DNA of 64,000 bases from Podarcis muralis. Taxonomy: Eukaryota. The notes under the pieces are model-generated. The model saw nothing but the letters and a program-made list of their open reading frames with translations. It ran no database searches and was not told where the DNA came from. The position numbers and the translations under genes are program-made. The DNA lies in NCBI RefSeq assembly GCF_964188315.1, contig NC_135656.1, positions 3,162,001 to 3,226,000 of the forward strand, given 5' to 3'. This document shows, piece by piece, positions 25,865 to 36,847 of the stretch (the stretch's first letter is position 1; each line of letters starts with the position of its first letter).

Positions 25865-26307
25865 TGGAGGAGTATACAATTATGCATGGCGGGCAGATGT
25901 GGATATAAAAGGTTTTTCCCCCCTTGTGTTTCTAGAACTTGGGGACATCCAATGAAGCTGAAAGGTTGGAAGATTCAGGGCAGACAAAATTAAGCACTTT
26001 TTCACGCACCTTGTACTATGGAACTTGCTCCCCGAAAGAAGTGCTGTACTTGAATGGCTTTAAAAGAGGATTAGACAAATCCATGGAAGAAAAGGCTATC
26101 ACTGGCTACTAGCCATGCTAGCAGTGCTTCCACTGTCAGAGCCTGTATGCCTCTGAATACCAGTTGTTGGGAACTGCATGAGGGGAGAGGACTGTGGCTT
26201 GTGGGTTTCCTGTAGACATCTGGTTGGCCTCTGTGAGAACAGGATACTGGACTAGATGGGCCTTTCGCCTAATCCAGGAGCACTCTTCCCTTCCTACGTT
26301 CTTATGT
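25865..26307 (+). mobile_element. CR1 LINE 3' end, degraded; its tail was the target of the Penelope insertion
   Basis: Degraded EVYKIMHG...RGHPMKL...FKRGLDKSME coding remnant, followed by ctgtgagaacaggatactggactagatggg and a (cttatgtt)-type tail. Confidence 0.8.
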
Positions 26308-26528
26308 TACAGATAGGTAGCCGTGTTGGTCTGCCATAGTCAAAACAAAAAAAATTCCTTCCAGTAGCACCTTAAAGACCAACTAAGTTAGTTCTTGGTA
26401 TGAGCTTTCGTGTGCATGCACACTTCTTCAGATACACAGAAGAAGTGTGCATGCACACGAAAGCTCATACCAAGAACTAACTTAGTTGGTCTTTAAGGTG
26501 CTACTGGAAGGAATTTTTTTTGTTTTGA
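26308..26528. mobile_element. Penelope-like element (PLE) pLTR fragment, inverted duplication, with 14-bp TSD
   Basis: CTACGTTCTTATGT at 26294-26307 and 26529-26542. Perfect 93-bp arms 26337-26429 and 26439-26531. The sequence gtagccgtgttggtctg...gcaccttaaagacc...gagctttcgtg is typical of reptile Penelope pLTRs. Confidence 0.85.
26398..26435 (-). ncRNA. Minimal type I hammerhead ribozyme (Penelope-associated)
   Basis: Minus strand reads GUAU-CUGAAGA-A-GUGUG(CAUG)CACAC-GAAA-GC-UC-AUAC. Stem I is GUAU/AUAC, stem II has 5 bp, stem III is the minimal palindromic AGCU, and cleavage is predicted after C17. Confidence 0.8.
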
Positions 26529-26553
26529 CTACGTTCTTATGTGTCTGAGTATA

Positions 26554-26802
26554 CATACACTGCAAACATCCTTGAAAAACTAGGACATCTCATTTCCCCC
26601 TGCGAGAGCATGGCAGCCATTTTGGGCACTGTGATATCGTGCAATCGTGATAAGCGCTTTTGGGGGGCTGTGATCTTGTGTGGCACCCCAAACATGTGTT
26701 TTTGGGTGCTGTGAGGGCATGACCCCCCAAAAAGCATGTCTTTGGAGCACAGATGAGAAGACGCACATTCCGGTTTTAAGACGCAACATGTTGGAGGGTA
26801 TG
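26554..26802. mobile_element. Degraded TIR element (CATACCCTCCAACAT-type termini), superfamily uncertain
   Basis: Left catacactgcaaacat, right atgttggagggtatg. AGTATA is present on both flanks. Confidence 0.5.
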
Positions 26803-28096
26803 AGTATATAGTACATTTCACCCCCCAAAAGGTGAAATGTACTATATACACATTGCAATGGTGGGTATTTTGTTACTGATCTCTCTCACAGAGAGAGACA
26901 CACACAGACAGTGCCAGCTGCTGGCTTCTGTCACTTAATCACGCCGAACTTAAATGTGTGTGCATTTTCAGCATAACCAAATCCACCGATAAGCCAGTGT
27001 GTGGCAGAAGAGGCAGCCAGCCAGGCCAAGTGGGCCACTGCTTGCTTTCTCGCCTCAGTGGCGCTTTGGCTTGTAACAACCTTGCCCCCACAGCTGCCGC
27101 TCACAGGACGTGGCTGACTCATCTCCATCTCTCTGACCTGGCAAGGCCAAGCTAAGAGTAGCAACTGAGACTCTTGCTCACTGCTTTTGGCCTGCTCACC
27201 TGGTCAATTTGCCCTCCCCAGCTGTCAAATAATTAGATGTGCTTTTTATTAGCTCTGAGTAATCCCTAAAACGCTCCTTAAAAATGGGAGGAATGCTTTA
27301 CAACCCTTTTATAGTGGGTGGCTAATAACACTTTCATTTGAGGGCAGCAGGGAGATGGTGAGTAGACTCAAGCGGATCCTGGCGTTAACGGTTGGGTAAA
27401 AGTTGTAAGCGGTGGTTGTGTATATCAGGGCAGGCAGAAGGCCAGTTGGGATCTGATAGAGATCCACTGATAGATCTCTGGGTAATTTGTAGTAAGAGGT
27501 TTTGACTCCCAGTTGCTTCACAGTGGTAGCAACGAATTGACATTTCCCCCACCTAATTTATGCTGCTGAAATGAAGACAACTAACTTGTAGCAGACTTTT
27601 CTGCAACGGGATAGTGAGCTGCTCAGTTCAGTTTTGGTGCTGAAAACAAATCTTTAGACTCAGACTATGCTCAGAGGCCACCCTGTTTTTCATTTCTAAC
27701 TGTAATGTCATTTGTACCGGGCTCTCATTAGTAGAGATTGATGTTCTATTAAAAATAGTGCTGATCCAACAAGACGTGCTATCTGCCCATGACAGTGTGT
27801 ACAATTTGTGTTGCTATATAAATGTATGTATATGAAATCTGCCTCAAGGTAAGTTCTGCAGCAAGAAAAGCTGGGTGCTGCAGCCTGAATGGCTTGTGCA
27901 GATCTGCATATATTTTGCTTATTTTTTGTATAATTTAGTATTGGTTAGTGGTGGGGAAGGGGTAAATAAAAATTTATCACGATTTGACTGATGGAAAGCC
28001 TGCCCAGGATCACCCCCCTCCCTGCACGCGTTTCTAATCAGAAACGTGTTTATCAGGTGCTGCCCATCAGCTGCAATCTATAAGGGTTTGTGTTGC

Positions 28097-28512
28097 TTCG
28101 GGAACTCCTCCGCAGCGTGGGGAGCCCTGCAGGAGTTCCCCGCAGGGCTCCCTAGGCTGCGTATAGCAGAAGCAGAGCGCCCCGCGCACCGGACAGACAT
28201 CCGCAGCGTGGAGAGCCCTGCAGGAGTTCCCCGCAGGGCTTCCCACGCTGCAGATAGCAGCCTGCCGCCTGGCGCGCAGGGCACCCTGAAGCAGAGCGCC
28301 CCTCGCGCCGGGCAGACATCGGCCAGCCCCACAAGCTGGAGGGACAGCAGGGAGGCGCAGCACCGCCATCCCGCTGTTCCTCGACCTGGTTCGGTTTCCC
28401 CGACCTGCTTTTGGGGGGGAAATAAAGGGGGAAAAATTCCTTTATTCCCCCCCCCCAAAAAAAACTAGGTGCGTCCTATGGGACGGAGCGTCCTATGGGA
28501 CGAAAAATACTG
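28097..28512. mobile_element. Partial copy of the 4052-4523 MITE family in opposite orientation, with internal duplication
   Basis: Ends gtcctatgggacgaaaaatactg|TA. Interior is the reverse complement of 4090-4340. The left TIR was not found. Confidence 0.8.
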
Positions 28513-28865
28513 TACAAACATAACAAAAGTCATTATAAACAATAAATAAAACATTAAAACTACACAACCAAATTAAACAATTTCCACATAAAACACAATA
28601 ATATCTAAAATAAAGATACAAAAAATCAATATCACAAACAGCAACAGCCTCCTCCCAAACAACCCACTCCTAAACAATACCCCATTGATTTGGACTTACT
28701 AGTCTTTTGTTACCTAAGGAGGACTCCAGGCGTCTTACATTTAAAAATATAAGGGAAAGAAAATCGAAAGAGATGAATGTCATAAGCAGATTAACATTTT
28801 TGTGATTCCAAACAGCCGCTCCCAACAGAACTGAAACCCAACTAAAAAATATTAATATTATTACA

Positions 28866-29070
28866 TTTATATCCCAATTTCCCTCTAAGGTGCTCAAAGT
28901 GGCATACAAAAATCTCCCCATCTCATCCTCACAACCCTGTGAGGAAATTAGGCTGAGAGGCAGTGACTCTTCCAAGGGCCCCCAGTGGGATTCCTGGCCA
29001 AGGAGGGATTTGAACCAGGGTCTCCCAAGTCCCAGTCCAGCACTCTGACCATGACGCCGCACTGACTCTC
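28866..29070 (-). mobile_element. MIR/Ther1-derived (Squam3-like) CORE-SINE
   Basis: catcctcacaaccctgtgagg...ggctgagaggcagtgac...gatttgaaccagggtctccc. Relatives at about 768-850, 1000-1150, 5325-5495, 20520-20610, 44680-44900 and 60836-61062. Confidence 0.7.
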
Positions 29071-30779
29071 ATGGACACCATCTGGAAGGGCAGTCAGAAA
29101 GACCTGTCAGAGTAGCAGAAGCAAAGATCAAAGGCTGCTGTGGTCCCACTAGAGGTCAAGTGGTAGAAAAGCAACTCATTTGAAAAGTATTTATTGTGAG
29201 TATTTTAAAAAAACTTTTTAAAGTGCCTCAACATTGCTATAGCTGTCAAGTCACCAGAGGAGGAAAAGGCAGCATTTGTACAATGCAAAGCCTTTCAATG
29301 TAAGACAAGAACTCTTTCAGCCCATGCAGCACGTGAGTTGTCCAAGGAGGAGAGACCCTGCTGAAGGACAATGAGCACATTTATTTTAAGGGAAATTTCT
29401 ATCCCACTTTCCACTCCAGCAGCAGAGATGCTCAAACAGTTCACCGTGTGCAGCAAATATGATCAAAAGAGAAAAAAGAGCAATAAACCCCACCAGTTTA
29501 AATAATGAAATAATAACAATTTACCAGACTTTTTAAAAAGCATTAAACAAACTCAGGAGAGGGAAAGTAAGAGACAGTAACATAAAACAGCAATGGAGTT
29601 AAAAGCTTTGCTGGAATCAAATAAGAGGGAGCTCATCTTGTGCTGTGCTTTCCAGGCACAGGGCTGCACCTTTAAGCTCCGGGTCCAAATGATGTTTTTA
29701 TCTGCCCCCCCCCCAAAAAAAAACTCATGTTTTACCACTGAATCAGAGCAAATGTCATTCCATAGAAAACCCAATGGCGATTGTCTCCAATTCAGCAGTA
29801 AGACATAGGTCTTCCTGGAGAAAGTGCCAGGATACACATCCACACACACAACCAAAACCACAAACCTTTTCAGACATGGAACTTTAAAGCCCTGACCTAG
29901 AAATGTGACACAAAAGGCAGTCTGCAAAGCATGTGTGTGTGACATAGAGAGATACTGTGACAGTCCCTTCCAACCCATGCCCCATTGGTGGGACCCCTGG
30001 CATAGCATTGGGCTCAAAGCTTCACCTGCTCTTTCTCTACCACAGCAGGTGATGCCCCAAATGAGCCTGGTGGGACAGCTGCTAATTCAGGGGTGGCTTG
30101 TTCTGGCCTTTGCGTGAATTTGGAATGCAATCCTTGCTTTGCCACAGACTTGGCTCTGGACCTTGGGCATCGTTAAACTTGGATGTGTTTTTTCTATAGG
30201 CTGTGTCATGCTAGAATTTGGGACAAAATATAATTCCACTATTACTTTTTTCCTTTTTCTTTTTGCTGGTTGTTATCCAGGGTTGGCTACGAATAACACC
30301 CAGAATTTATAGCTCCATTTCAAACTGGTGTTTGTGTGTTTCATTAGGAAACTTGAAAGGAGGAATGGGTAGCACTGGAGCCACATGGACGCAAGCTTCT
30401 GGTGTGCCAAGACGGTGCCATTTGGTTATGGAGGTCCGTGGCACTGCACTTCTAGCAAAAAGTTGTGAATGTCATGGGTGTCCCGTCCCCCACCTGCCTC
30501 TCCCCTGCATTGTGACCACATCATCTGTGCCATACTGGCTGCATCCGTTTGACCCAGTTCCATGGCAGAAGTTCAGCTTCCTCAAGGCAGCTCTGGTCTG
30601 ACTCACTTTAACACACACCCACGGTTGAAAGAGGCCAGCAAAGAGCCTTGGAAACATGGGGAAGGCAGACTCTCTCTTCTCCGGGCAGTGTCTGGTCAAC
30701 AGTGTTCTGCCCAGAGAGGAAAAACAGAAGGAGAGAACAGAATTCTTTGCTTTCCCAGTGAGGTATTGTAGTAGTTTCT

Positions 30780-31092
30780 AAAGCAAAAACCCCTCCGTAT
30801 TATGTGGCCATCGCTTCGCTATATGGGACATTTCCACATGGTCCATAGCTAAACTATGGAATTTGCTGTGATGGCCACCGACTTGGATGGTTTGAAAAGA
30901 GAAGAAGGCAATTTCATGCTGGATCATTCTATCAATGGCCTCTAGTCACAATGGCTTTGTTCTACCTCCACCATCAGAAGTGGTGGAGAATTCTCTTGCC
31001 CTCATATCTTGCATAAGGGCTTCCCATCAGAGTATCTGGTTGGCCGCGGTGAGAACAAGATGCTGATCCAGCAGGGCTCCTCTTATATTCTT
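30780..31092 (+). mobile_element. CR1 LINE 3' end, degraded
   Basis: aactatggaatttgc...gatggccaccgacttggatggtttgaaaagag...ccagcagggctcctcttatattcttg. Confidence 0.65.
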
Positions 31093-32051
31093 GCTATTTA
31101 GCTATCCATTACTTATGGCTGAATGCTTTAGTGGCTTACAAGCGTCTCAGCTAAGGTTTATCAAGCAGCATTATCTGGGCCTCTGAGGAGCACGGAATTG
31201 TCCCTCTATTGACAGATCAGAAGAAAAAGGGGCTTTGTGGAGACAAGAGTCAGTGCTGAGGCAACAGGGCTTGGTCTTTGGGACAGCTGGAGTGCACAGG
31301 CCTGGCACCTTCTGGACTGTCAGCTGAATCTCCCTTCAGCATTATAAGGGGTATAGTGTAAGTGCTGGGCTAGGGGCACTCCAGCCCTCCCAAGGAGCAA
31401 ACCGATGCCTTCAAATCAGAACCTGTTGGATAGTTCCTCACTGTGGCTTGCTGGCCTCTGGTTGCATCTGCATCATACATTTAAAACACCTTTCTCCCTC
31501 CCCCACCCAAAAATTCATGGGAACTATAGTTTGTTACGGGTGCTGGGAGTTGTAGCTCTGTGAGGAGACAACTACAGCTCCCACAATTCTTTGTGCTTTA
31601 TGTATGGTGTGCTTGGTAGCCTCTGCCCCTTCTGAGTGCCTCTGCCAGACTCTTTCCCATCCCTGGCTTCAAGGGGTGACCTGGGCTCCTCTGTTTCTCT
31701 GCCAGGCCCAGCTGTCCCTCCTTCCCGGTCCATCCTTTTCCATTACCTCCGCGCAAAGGGAAGGAGCTATTGTGTGGCAGGAAACAGCAGCTCCCTGCCT
31801 GCCCGCCTGATCTCGCAGCCCAGCCTTGGCTCCTGCCTCATTGTTTCCAGCTCCACATCCTCCTCTTTCACACACTCCCAAGGGCTGAGCTGCTTTGGGA
31901 AGCTGGATAAAGCAGATCCACCGCAGCCACGGATGCCGTGAGTCGGGGCAGACCCCGTCCCTCTCATGTGGATTTGTTCTCAGCAATGCTGACCTGACAG
32001 TGTTTCCAAGGCAATTGTGGGATTAATGTGCCGTCACCATCATCTGTAACC

Positions 32052-32132
32052 ATGAAGCCCCGAAACACCATGGACACTCTTCTGAGAGTGCTGGGAAGAA
32101 GAGACAGCACCCGAGTACCAAGTGGCCGCCGG
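32052..32132 (+). CDS. TNS2: Tensin-2 first coding exon (isoform 1b), MKPRNTMDTLLRVLGRRDSTRVPSGRR
   Basis: ATG in gtaaccATGa context, 27 codons, donor CGG|GTAGGT at 32133 (phase 0). The peptide resembles the human TNS2 N-terminus MKSSGPVERLLRALGRRDSSRAASR as I recall it, and it splices in frame to 52789. Confidence 0.85.
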
Positions 32133-32286
32133 GTAGGTGTACAACAGAGACGGAGGGTAGGCACTGCAAGGGGAAAAGGCGAGGCGGGTTTTCTTGCAAG
32201 CTGTCCAAAGTCTCTGAGGTCACTTCCAGATGGCCCATTTATTGAGTATTCATCCCGATCTGTTTGCACAAGTTTGCGGGGACTTA

Positions 32287-32468
32287 GGCTGTGGATACAC
32301 CATACGTTTAAAGCTCATGGCTTCTCCCAATGAATCTTGGGAACTGTAGTTTGTTAAAGGTGCTGAGTATTGTAGCTCTGTGAGTCTTTGAGGAAACGTG
32401 TTTTCAGGATTCTTTTGGGGAAGTCATGTGCTTTCAGGGTGCTTTAAATGTATGGTGCATACGCTGCC
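32287..32468. mobile_element. Palindromic PIF/Harbinger-like (Tourist-type) MITE; representative of about 8 copies
   Basis: GGC...GCC termini, flanks TTA/TTG, arms caccatacgtttaaagc / gctttaaatgtatggtg. Relatives at about 392-570, 19655-19830, 24500-24610, 25420-25535, 31470-31620, 35050-35200 and 44735-44830. Confidence 0.65.
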
Positions 32469-32716
32469 TTGGATTATTTATTGAGCATTCATTATGTTTT
32501 TGTTTCCGGAGAGGTTATATGATGTCGCATCAAGCAATTATTACCACACATTTTTCAGCGTGTTTCCCTATTGCTTTCCTTATTGCAAAAGGTCAGGGTG
32601 GGGGGCAGGGTTGTTGCACAAGCATGCCAAATTGGTTTTAATTGCACAACCTGAATTTGCTGGCATGCCATTGAATTCTACCTCCCAAATAGCGACAGTC
32701 TAGAAGCCCCTGTTGT

Positions 32717-32756
32717 GCATCTGATGAAATAGGCTGCAGCCTGCGAAAGTTAGGGC
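32717..32756 (+). mobile_element. Degenerate Penelope-type hammerhead relic
   Basis: gcat-CTGATGA-a-ataggc-tgca-gcctgc-GAAAG-TTA. Core motifs are present, but the stem II closing pair, stem III and the 3' strand of stem I are mutated. Confidence 0.5.
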
Positions 32757-33918
32757 CAGTTAGGGCCAAACAACACATTTTAATAAACTTTTAAAAAAGC
32801 ATGCTTCTTGAAGAAAAAACAGCTTCAGGGTCCCGAGGGGCAAGGCTTCAGCTTTGTGGTGGGCACCTGTCCTGCATGCAGAGGCCCAAGGCTCAATCCC
32901 CAGCATATCCAGGTGAGACTAGGAGTGTTCCCAGTCTGAAACAGTGTAGACAGTGCTGGATGACCTCTGGTCCGACAGTAAAAACCACCTTCCTCTGTTC
33001 CCCGCTCCAGAAGGTGCTCCTGATCTGAGTTGGGGCCCGACACTGGTTTCCTACAAACACTCCCTACCCCAACGTCTGCTTGCCCCCATGCGGTTTGCTG
33101 CAAAAGAATTTCTGTCTCTCTCTTTAGAAAACTATGAAAAGAATCTGTTTTCCTTGTTTTTTCTTCTTCTTCAGCTGACTTAACGTGACTACTCTTCTGG
33201 AGTATGAGGAAATCTTTTCCCCTTCTTAAAAATAAGGGCAGTTGACTTTAGTTTAATTTTTTGTTCTCCTTGGTACTGCAAGGGACCTAATGAAACTAAA
33301 TTACTGGGGGCTGAGAGGTTTGTCTGATGGATGGTGCTCAGAAGCTTAGGAACCAATTTTGACATTTGCTTCTTATTGACACAGATCTTAAAATCCCAGA
33401 TGCCAGATGGGTGAAAGCTGCATGGCCAAACGCCACAGCAGCCTGTTTGAGCCATTTCTGAACATGCATCTTCAGCATGTAGCAGCCCTGTTTCCTCTTT
33501 CACTCTCTTTCTAAAGTGCTCTGGGAGGAGGCAGCTTCCTATGACCCCATGTCTGATTTTGAAGTACGTATTCTCGTACTCTGGTATGGCGGTGATACAA
33601 AAACAGCTCTGGTTCAGTCACGGGATTTCCATGATGCCAAGCGATGATGGCTTGCCCACACTGAAGGCACCATCAGAGATCAAATCTCCGCAGGTGGGAC
33701 ACAGACACCTCTCACTTTTGCAAACACAGAATTAGTTCACGCTGCCAGTTTGCACATTCACTTGCAAGCCCTGAAGTGTAGAGAAAGCAAGTGATGGTGT
33801 GTGTAAACCATCCCTAGGATGTGGGTCCTGTGTTGAATTTGGGGACACAGCTACCACCTGCCCTTACACACTCCATTTGTTGCCTAAAGTACACAGGGAC
33901 ATCGGAAGTTGCCTTATA

Positions 33919-34149
33919 CAGTGGTACCTCAGGTTACAGACACTTCAGGTTACAGACTCCGCTAATCCAGAAATAGTACCTCGGGTTAAGAACTTTGCTT
34001 CAGGATGAGAACAGAAATTGTGCCGCAGTGGCGTGACAGCAGCGGGAGGCCCCATTAGCTAAAGTGGTACCTCAGGTTAAGAACAGTTTCAGGTTAAGAA
34101 CGGACCTGCAGAACGAATTACGGTAAGTTCTTAACCCGAGGTACCAGTG
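33919..34149 (+). mobile_element. Tigger/pogo-like MITE, young subfamily
   Basis: TA|cagtggtacctc ... gaggtaccagtg|TA. Confidence 0.88.
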
Positions 34150-35204
34150 TACTGAGTCAGACCATTGATCCATCTTGTGAGGGCCTGAGGAAGCAGCAGC
34201 AGCAGACATTTTGTTCACAGGCTTATTTTAAAATGTTTTTCCACCAAGAGTTCATTAGGCATGGCCTTTCTCCCCTGGCAGGGAAATCTTCTAGCCAGCG
34301 TTCCAGAAGATCTGGGAATGCTGAGTAAACAGGAAATGAGACTGCAAATCTAGGCTGCTTTAGCTCCTTCTGAAATGGCCCTAAGGGCTCAGCCATCCAA
34401 TCTCTCACACACACACCCAGCAGATGCTTTTGGTTGACCATTGGTCAGCTTTGTGGCCCTTTGTGGAGAGGCTATGCAAGACCTGAGTGCAGTTTTCACA
34501 AGTGTAGCTACTGTGAATGATGCAGCTGTGCTGGGGCGGCTCCAGTGTGCGAGGCTTTGTCTGAGTCAGTTGTGGCAGGTGCAGGATGGAAGGAGGAGCC
34601 CAACCCTCTCCCTGTCAAGAGTCCCTTCCTCTTTGCACTAGTTCAATATTGTAGTTAGGTGCCAGCTGGGGTTCTTGGATCAGAGGAGCTAGTGGCAGGG
34701 ACTCCCAGCTTCTTGGTGTCGCTGTAGGAGCTTGCAGAAGGAGAAAGCTCCTGGGCAGCTATCACTGCTGATGGCCAGAGTGTCACATTGCAACTGCCAG
34801 TTTGGTTGAGGTCAGATGGAACAAGGGGATAATTGGAGTCGTGGTTCCAGGCAGCTGCAGATTCTAGCATGACCCCTAAGACTGAGCAATGACCTAGGCA
34901 GAGGCAGAGGTTTGCTCCTCTGTGCCTTTCAATTCATATGTGCTTGGCTCCTTACCTACCTGCTTCCTGGGTTTCTCCAGGCTATTGGCTCTGACAGTTG
35001 CAGCCACAAGATTCAAGGGTTATTCTGGGGAAAGGAGCACTGAGGGAAAACTCGTATGGGCTGAGCAGACTTAGGCCATACATCTAAAGCATGAGGCTTC
35101 CTGCAAAGAATCCTGGGAACTGTAGTTTGTTCAGGGTGCTGGGAATTGTAACTTTGTGAGGATCTACAAGTAAACAAATGAAGCAACGATGTTCCCCGCA
35201 TGTT

Positions 35205-35411
35205 GAATCATAGAATCATAGAGTTGGAATAGACCACAAGGGCCATCGAGTCCAACCCCCTGCCAAGCAGGAAACACCATCAGAGCACTCCTGACATATG
35301 GTTGTCAAGCCTCTGCTTAAAGACCTCCAAAGAAGGAGACTCCACCACACTCCTTGGCAGCAAATTCCACTGTCGAACAGCTCTTACTGTCAGGAAGTTC
35401 TTCCTAATGTT
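35205..35411 (-). mobile_element. Young CR1 3' end
   Basis: gaatcatagaatcatagagttggaatagaccacaagggccatcgagtccaacc, the (ATTCTRTG)n-type tail on the minus strand. Confidence 0.88.
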
Positions 35412-36380
35412 TGATGCTAAGGCTGTCAAATGATTAAATATATTTAACCTTCATGGATGAATTGAACTGTTGGCTGATTAATATACATTGCTGCATATTG
35501 CAAGACCTCAATGAAGATGCCTTTGGAAAGCCATTTCATATTTTAGGATGGCAACAAACCAGGCTGCATTTGACAGAGTGCAGCCAGTCTTGGCTCTATG
35601 GTGAGAGGAGGCGCAATGGCCCATTGGTTAGAACTCAACACCACACAAGTGTTCCATCAGCGCAAACATTGCAGTTGCTAGATTGAATAGTCCTCCTCCT
35701 CCCTTGGGGAGTGCAAGGGGAGAGGAGAGAAGGGAAGGCCCATTTGTGAGCTGGAGTCCCTGTGCAGATCTATCACTGATGGGCTGCATTAGGTGAATCC
35801 CACTCATTGTATGTTAGGTTTATGATTTTCATCTTTTAAGTGTATGCTTATAAGCCATAATATGTGAAGTGGGAAGTATTCCCTTGGAGAACCTGCAAGA
35901 AGCAGTTTCTCTTGGGCTGAAAATGCTGACATTTCATAACTTTCATTGGCTGGGTTTGGATGCAGACCAGAAGGGAAATCCTTCTTTACATTTCTTTTTC
36001 AACTGATCTGGGACAGGAAGGCTGGCGCTGGCACAGCTGTGTGGCGAGAGCTGCTGGTCCTGGGATTTTTGCTTCTTGTCAGGTTTACCAGTTAATTGAG
36101 AGGGTGTGTGCGTGTGTCAGGATTTTAATCTGTGATTAATCGATTAATGTTGTAATCCTAAACATGCTTATCGGAACTCAGTGACACTTTAAAAAAACAC
36201 CATACATAGGATAAGGCTACCTGGCTGGAGTCCTATGCACACCTCCAAACAGCCTGATGAATTCAGCATTCATTCTGATTTGCTTGCACAAAGCTTATAT
36301 GGTGATTAGACTATGGGCCTGTCCATACCTGGGTTTAATGTGGTTTGGGAATGCCTTGTATTAATTTTCCCTCATTCATG

Positions 36381-36798
36381 TAGACCACATAACACCGGTC
36401 TTGAAAGACCTACATTGGCTCCCAGTACGTTTCTGAGCACAATTCAAAGTGTTGGTGCTGACCTTTAAAGCCCTAAATGGCCTCAGTCCAGTATACCTGA
36501 AGGAGCGTCTTCACCCCCATCGTTCTACCCAGACGCTGAGGTTCTGGCGGTTCCCTCACTGCGAGAAGCCAAGTTACAGGGAACCAGGCAGAGGGCCTTC
36601 TCGGTAGTGGCACCCACCCTGTGGAACGCCCTCCCACCAGATGTCAAAGAGAACAACAACTACCAGACTTTTAGAAGACATCTGAAGGCAGCCCTGTTTA
36701 GGGAAGCTTTTAATGTTTGATGTATTATGTTATTTTAATATTTTGTTGGAAGCCGTCCAGAGTGGCTGGGGAATCCCAGTCAGATGGGCGGGGTATAA

Positions 36799-36845
<47 letters not shown>
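36381..36845 (+). mobile_element. L2-clade LINE 3' end with (TAT)n tail
   Basis: DLHWLPVRF...FKVLVLTFKALNGLSPVYLKERL remnant, with a 3' UTR ending gatgggcggggtataaat(tat)n. Confidence 0.85.

Positions 36846-36847
<2 letters not shown>

Noticed and set aside
31938-31983. GT...AG mini-intron in the 5' UTR of exon 1b
   Set aside because: 46 nt is too short for a typical vertebrate intron. The AG at 31983 could still be an acceptor from upstream, but there is no evidence for that.
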